A DNA stretch of 63,237 bases, counting the filler, from Reclinomonas americana ATCC 50394 (lineage: Eukaryota): NCBI GenBank assembly GCA_048213135.1. It is 14 parts of 14 records of this genome, joined end to end, with 100 filler letters (N's around TTAATTAATTAA, not from the genome) between each part and the next. Parts side by side here need not be neighbours in the genome. Positions count along the whole stretch, not along the records: positions 57,480 to 59,586 come from AFZH01020409.1; positions 59,687 to 63,237 come from AFZH01020410.1; 12 more parts are not named here. One strand, written 5' to 3'. The notes below the pieces were generated by a model, which was not told where the DNA came from, did not search any database, and saw only the letters and a list, made by a program, of their open reading frames with translations. Position numbers and translations under genes: made by a program. Positions within the stretch are counted from its first letter, which is position 1. The number at the start of each line of letters is the position of its first letter. Shown piece by piece: positions 57,480 to 63,237 of this stretch.

Positions 57480-59500
57480 TCTGCTCCTGTCGACTCTCTT
57501 TTCGTGTGATTCCTCACCTCTTCGTCCAGTGTTCGTTGAGCGGTCCGCTTGGCCGGGTCGTCGGTGCATGACAGGGGCACACACGTCGACAAAAGCGTAG
57601 ATATCGACTCGTCTTCACGAAAGTGAGCCAGCTCGCGCTCACACCTGCGCTCGAGCACATTGTGCACGTCGACTTGCAGAAAGACGGCTGCAGCGCGCAC
57701 AGGTTGTTCAGCGACGACAGCGGCGTGCTCGGCAAGCGCGCCCATCGCCGAGACTTGCACTCACCGCGGCGCGCACAGTCGAGTCCATCCAGTAATGCCT
57801 GTCGCTGCTCCGGTGACAGCGACAGCGAGTTTGCAAGCTGAAGCAGTATTCCTGGATTGCTGTGACCGTCGCCAAGTAGTGCCTCCACTTCAGTGTCGTC
57901 GGCGGTCGGGAATGGGCGGTGCACTATCGCATTGCGGAATTGGACCATGCGATGGATTGCATCGCGCTTCAGAGAGTGAGAGAGCACGAGGAGAGTAAGG
58001 GAGAGAGGGGGAAGGCGATAAGCACTGAGAGAAAATATCGACCAAACCTCCTCAACGCCCTCAACGAGCAAATGCTCCACTCCGTCGGCGTCAACCGCAA
58101 AGGCATACTGGAGAATCGAGGCCAACAGGGTAATGTCGAACCTGGCACAAGACGGTTGCGCATGTTCTCCCTCGGCGTCGAAGCGTTGCTTCCACTCAAA
58201 CACCACATGGTGCATGTCGGCGCTGACTTTGACAAACTTGCGAGAAGTCACTGGTCTGCGGTACGTACGACACTCGCGATCAGCATGCACCTCCCTAACG
58301 ACCTGACTCTTCGGAAGGCGGGTGGTTCACACGTACTTGGGCGAGGGTGATGACGGCACTGCTGCCGCGGAAGCTGCCGACGACGACGACGACGACGACG
58401 GCTTGTCGCACCAGTCGCGCACATTCACATGGTACTGGCGACAAAACACCGGCAACGCCAGCTCCACCCGCTGCTGCAGCGCGCGTGTCAAGTGGCCGAT
58501 GGCCATCACCAACCGAATGTGATTCATGGCTCTGTGCCGATCACTCAGTGTGTGTCAGCCGACCCCACCTCCACACAGGTCACGAGTGAGATGAACACGA
58601 ACCGCGACTGCACGCTTTGATCACCCACATCAGGCACAGGACTGGGTGTCGCCACCGTTGGCGAGGGAGAAAATTCGGGTTCGGCACTGCGCACCACGGC
58701 CGCGACATTGACTACGCATATCAACACATTCACGCGACGGAACAGCACACGCAACGTGTCGCGCACACGGCACTTGATTTTTGTCCCACTATTGTAGTTT
58801 CGCAGGTCGTCCACTTTCGACTCGTCGGCAAAGTCGATGGGCTTGACGATTGACACGACCTGCAGTGTTGCACCACCAGGGAGACGGCTGAGCAGGGCCG
58901 CCACCGACGCTCGCACTGCCGCCTTCTTGGACAACTGGTGCAGATGGTCCAGGGTGAACGTTGTCGTCACCAACCCAGGCACACCGACCAGCTTGACGCG
59001 CAGCAGATACGGTGCGCGCGGCGAATGCGGTGGTGGTGGCGGCGGAGAAGGGGAAGACGGCGTCGGCGATGCAGGAGCAAGGTGCGTGGAGGCGGCGGCA
59101 GATGGGGGAAGCGGAGGATGTGATTCGGCGATGTCTTCTGGTGGTGGTGGTGGTGGCGGCGGCGCAGAGGCGCTGTGTGACAACGGTGAGTGTGACAGTC
59201 TGCACCTGGCGACAATGGCGGCCGGCGCACGCAACATGAGCACCGTCATGCTGGAGTTGTGCTTGATTCCGAGATCGATTGCTCGCAGGTGAGACACGGC
59301 GGCGAGATTGAAGGCGACCGGCTTCACCACACCCTCAATGTGCAGTGCATCGTTGCGGAGCGCCGCGCGCAGCAAACAGGTGGCCTCTGCCAGCAGCTCG
59401 CCAAGTGTGCACATGGGCGACAAGGAGGACACCGCCACGCCCTTTACTGGCTGGCGATCGACGGCGGGCACAGCGTGGACGGTGACGACATATTGCTGCG
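57480..59500 (-). CDS. Protein with two putative ubiquitin-like segments and a DZIP3/hRUL138-type HEPN domain (partial at both ends)
   Basis: FDITLLASIL (58111-58140) followed after an intron by DAIHRMVQFRNAIVH (RxxxxH at 57919-57936); upstream are two related segments (IEGVVKPVAF / VVSIVKPIDF) separated by a Pro-rich linker. Confidence 0.65.
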
Positions 59501-59501
59501 C

Positions 59502-59554
<53 letters not shown>

Positions 59555-59994
59555 CAAATAGAAGTAGAAGACGTAGTAGTAAGTAGNNNNNNNNNNNNNN
59601 NNNNNNNNNNNNNNNNNNNNNNNNNNNNNNTTAATTAATTAANNNNNNNNNNNNNNNNNNNNNNNNNNNNNNNNNNNNNNNNNNNNTTGTCCTTTGTTGT
59701 CCCAGCTGACGTCGTCAGAGCGCGCACACCGACGACGGATCGCACACACAATATGCTCCGACTTTTGTGCCCCGCGCGATTGCTTGCAAAGCGTCGAATG
59801 TTGCGGCGCACGCCATATTATGCCTTGTTCTGTGTGTGTCTTGTGACAACGACAAAATCTCGCATTGGTCGACTGCTGCACTCGTCGTTTGCGGTGGCGC
59901 TCTTTCTTGTCTATATAGATCATTCACTCTTTGTGTGAGCAACGAACTGTCTCTGCGTGGCATGTGTGTGTGCGTGTGTGTCTCATGTGTGCGC

Positions 59995-61543
59995 ATGGGC
60001 GCGCAAGTGGGTTTTGTTGGGTGCGCATTTTTTTCGAGTCTCCCCCAGTCGTCCACTTCACATACGCCTCCTCTCGTGTCGCCTGTTGCTGACGAACTTG
60101 CACGTGCGTACAGCGATGTCGGTCGCACTCTGTTTCCGTCGACTGCGCGATCATCATCATCGGCTTCATCATCTCCGTCTCCATCTCCGTCTCCCTCTGC
60201 ACCGCCACTCGATGCTCCTCCACCTCCCTCACGAGCACCAGCAACCACCGCGACCACCGCCTCTCTTTCCAATGTGATGTTGGCCAGCAATCCGACCCAG
60301 TTGTCGGTGTTGCGCAAGCGGGCCGACATGGTTGGCGGAGTGCACTTTGGCAAGCCGCACGTCAAGCAGGTCGAACGTGAGCTGTTGAGTACGCTGGCCG
60401 AGTTTCGGCAGGTGCATGGATTTGGGCGAGCGATTGCGGCGCCGCAGATTGGCCACCTGGTCCAGATGATTGGCCTCAATCTCGGGGCCGAGATGAATCG
60501 CCTGGTGTCGGGCCACCCCGACCCGTTTGTGATTGTCAATCCGCTGATCATTGAGCACAGTCGGCACATGTTTACGTTGCGTGGGGGGGGGGAGGGAGGG
60601 GAGGGGAGGGAGGGAGGAGGGAAGGAGGAGGGGAGAGGAAAGAGAGGAGTGAGAAAGGGAAGGCGAAAGGAGGCGCAGGGAGGAAGGGGGAAGGGGAAGA
60701 GGAGAGGAGAGGAAGGGAAGAGATGAGCGAGAGCGGATGGATGGTGTCTCACATCGTGCGGAGGGAGGGGGAGGGGGAAAGAGAGGAGTGAGAAAGGAAA
60801 GATGAAGAGAGAGGATGCGAAGGGAAAAGGGAAGACGAAGAGGAAGGGGAGGGAGAGGATGGAGAGGGGACAGCGAAAGTGGGTGCATACTGTCTCATAT
60901 GTGCCTGTAAATTGGCTTCTCATATCGTGCGGAGGAAGGGGGAGGAGGAAAGGGGAGGAGGGGAGAGAAATGCGAGAGCGGATGGATGGTATCTTGCCTG
61001 TGTCTGTGCACTGGCTCCACGTATCGGGTGGAAGGAGGGCGGGAAGGGGGAGAGTGGCAGAACTGAGAACGCGTTGTGGTGCCGTACCTGCTCTTGCTGA
61101 AGATTGTGCGCTCTTGGCTGTGCGACGAGGCCCGAAAAACTCGTGGAATCACGTGTGTATGGGATTTCTCTCTCTCATTCTTTCTCATTCGTCCAATTCC
61201 TTTCTCTCAGACGTCCTCCTCCTCCCTCACATTCGTCACCCTCACAATCTCCTCTTGCAACAGCCTGTGGGACGACTGCATGTCGTTTCCCGACTTGATG
61301 TTCAGAGTTCGCCGCCACACATCCATCAGCATCGAGTACCAGCTGGCCGACGGGAGTCCGCGTCGCTGGTCGAACATTACGCGCGAATTCTCCGAGTTGC
61401 TGCAACACGAAATCGATCACCTCAACGGCGTGCTCATGTGCGATCGCGCACTGCCGGGCTCCGACGCGGTTTTGCGCAGTGACTACTTGGAGCGCAAGCA
61501 ATTTTACGACCTGCAAGTAGACTACAGCATTCAACCCACATGA
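59995..61543 (+). CDS. PDF: Peptide deformylase (variant motifs), with one 688-nt intron (60576-61263); start uncertain
   Basis: VLRKRA; GRAIAAPQIG; VIVNPLI; MFT|LWDDCMSFPDL; LLQHEIDHLNGVL (HExxH). Confidence 0.9.
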
Positions 61544-61688
61544 CTCTTGTCACCTCCGCCACCAATGAATGCTGCAACTTGAAAGAACTTCTGTTGTTGG
61601 CGTGTCACTTTTACTACTCGCCGCGATGGCCACACTAACTGTTATTGACACAAATTCGTACTGTACGCTGATGCTGTCTGCGCTGGTG

Positions 61689-63237
61689 CTACACATTGGC
61701 CGACAACTTGGTCGACTTGCCAAGCTCCAGCTGCATCGGCTTTGTTGTCTTGCCCTGTTGTGCATACCTGGGGGGGCACAAATTCGTGAGCAACAACACA
61801 TGAACCCAGCAGCAAGCAACGCTACTCACGTGTCCATTACGCTCGTCACATAGGTCTTGAACATTTCCTCTTCCTCCGCCATGGCCTGCTGCAACAATCG
61901 GCCCTCCAGTCGCTCCAGTTCCTTCTCCTCCTGCTCCGTGAGCTGGCGCTCGTGCTGCAACGCAACAACGAAACATCCCGCCGGTCAACATCAGATTCTC
62001 TCTTACATGCATGCGCCCGCGTGTGTGGCAACAACGCAACTGCTTGTCGCTGTTGGTATTCCATGATTCTGCGCCGCTCCTCGTACACGCGCTGTCGCTC
62101 GGCGGCTTCCTGCTCCAGCAGGTGTTCACGGAGAATTTCTTGCGCCATCCTATTCTGCGCCTCCAATCCGCTCTCGGCGCTTCGCACACGCTGCTTGTGT
62201 ACCATCTGCGCTTGCCGACTGCGATGCAGCTCCTGCTTGATAAGACGCTGGCGTTCCGCCTTGGCCGCCTGCGTGGCCTGGAACTGCTGCTCTTGTGCTT
62301 GTTTCTGCAATCACGGTGGCGGCGTGCGTCAGTCTCGTGCAGTACACGTCAACCCACTCGTCCTCTACCACACTGGCTCACCTGCTCCTCCACTCGTCGG
62401 TTGATGACCGCATCCAGATCGACCAGTTCTCGCCGCTGCTTCTCAATCAGTCTGTTGAGTTCCTTCAGTTTCGTCTCGCGACGCTCCTTGGCCGTCTGCT
62501 GAATGTGCGACTGCTCCTCGTGCTTCATGGAAGCGTAGGCGAGTACCGCGGCTTCGTATTCGCGCTCCGACTCGGCGAGCGCCTGTCGCTTTTGCTGTGA
62601 TTGTCGGAAAAAATGGTAAGCGCGCCCAGAAGGTAAAAACGTCTTGCTGTCGTCCACCCTCACCTCACGCTCCTCGAATGCCTGGTGGTACATGGCCATC
62701 AGCTCGCTCGCTTCTGCCTTGCGAGTCGACCTTCGCGTCACCTCCTTTTGAATCTGTGCCGTTGCCGCTTGCCGGATTGTGTCACCCTCCGACAGGTACT
62801 CCTGTGCGTGAAGCGTCAACCACCAAAATGTGCCAGCGAGTGAGCGCCAGAAAGAGAAAGATATCAAGACAAACCTCGCGTGCCTGCTGCTTCTGTGCAC
62901 GGCGCTCCACAATCTGCACCGCGACCTCCGACTTGTGCTCACGAGCACGTTGCCATTTCTCCAGCTTCTCGCGGCGCTCCTTCTCATCGCCAGCCCTCAC
63001 CGTCTCCAAAATGCTGCAGCCGAACCGATAAGCACATCTCCCTCCTCCTGCCTACAAGCAAGACAGACACGGCCAGAGAGAGGTGGTACGCAACACTTGA
63101 GTGAACTCGTCGTCAATGGTGGCCTTTTCTGCCTGACGGGCACGCTTGATTTCGATCTGCCGCTCTCGCTCCTGCACGTGGGGTGCGCACGAGTGTTAAA
63201 CATCCCGCTGCCTCTGCTGCTGCTGCTGCTGCTGCGC
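61689..63237 (-). CDS. Trichohyalin-plectin-homology coiled-coil ciliary protein, CFAP210/CCDC173-like (5'-partial)
   Basis: E/R/Q-rich helices (REYEAAVLAYASMKHEEQ...KERRETKLKE); C-terminus EEEMFKTYVTSVMDT|YAQQGKTTKPMQLEL*. Confidence 0.65.

Overview
Draft genomic scaffold (contigs joined by an artificial N-TTAATTAATTAA-N spacer, with 454-type noise at some contig ends) from a compact, GC-rich, intron-rich flagellated eukaryote with mitochondria. Introns are mostly 55-100 nt and GT-AG, so the ORF track is fragmentary and I spliced the genes by hand. Recognisable genes: katanin p60, mitochondrial Rieske Fe-S protein, an SH3 protein, SPINDLY-type O-fucosyltransferase, a very long coiled-coil protein, a myristoylated EF-hand Ca2+ sensor, a TPR-MYND-SET (SMYD4-like) protein, CFAP46, an intronless WD40 protein, a HEPN-domain protein, a variant peptide deformylase and a CFAP210-like protein. 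Three observations stand out. (1) A second major class of 5' splice site, GTTGCGT/GTTNYGT, is the ordinary GTGCGT donor shifted by one nucleotide and appears only after a non-G exon end. (2) A diverged tandem pair of large unknown genes shares a STAT-like motif, a beta-rich domain, ankyrin-like repeats and intron positions. (3) A protein combines ubiquitin-like segments with a DZIP3-type HEPN domain. All family calls come from remembered motifs; no database search was run.
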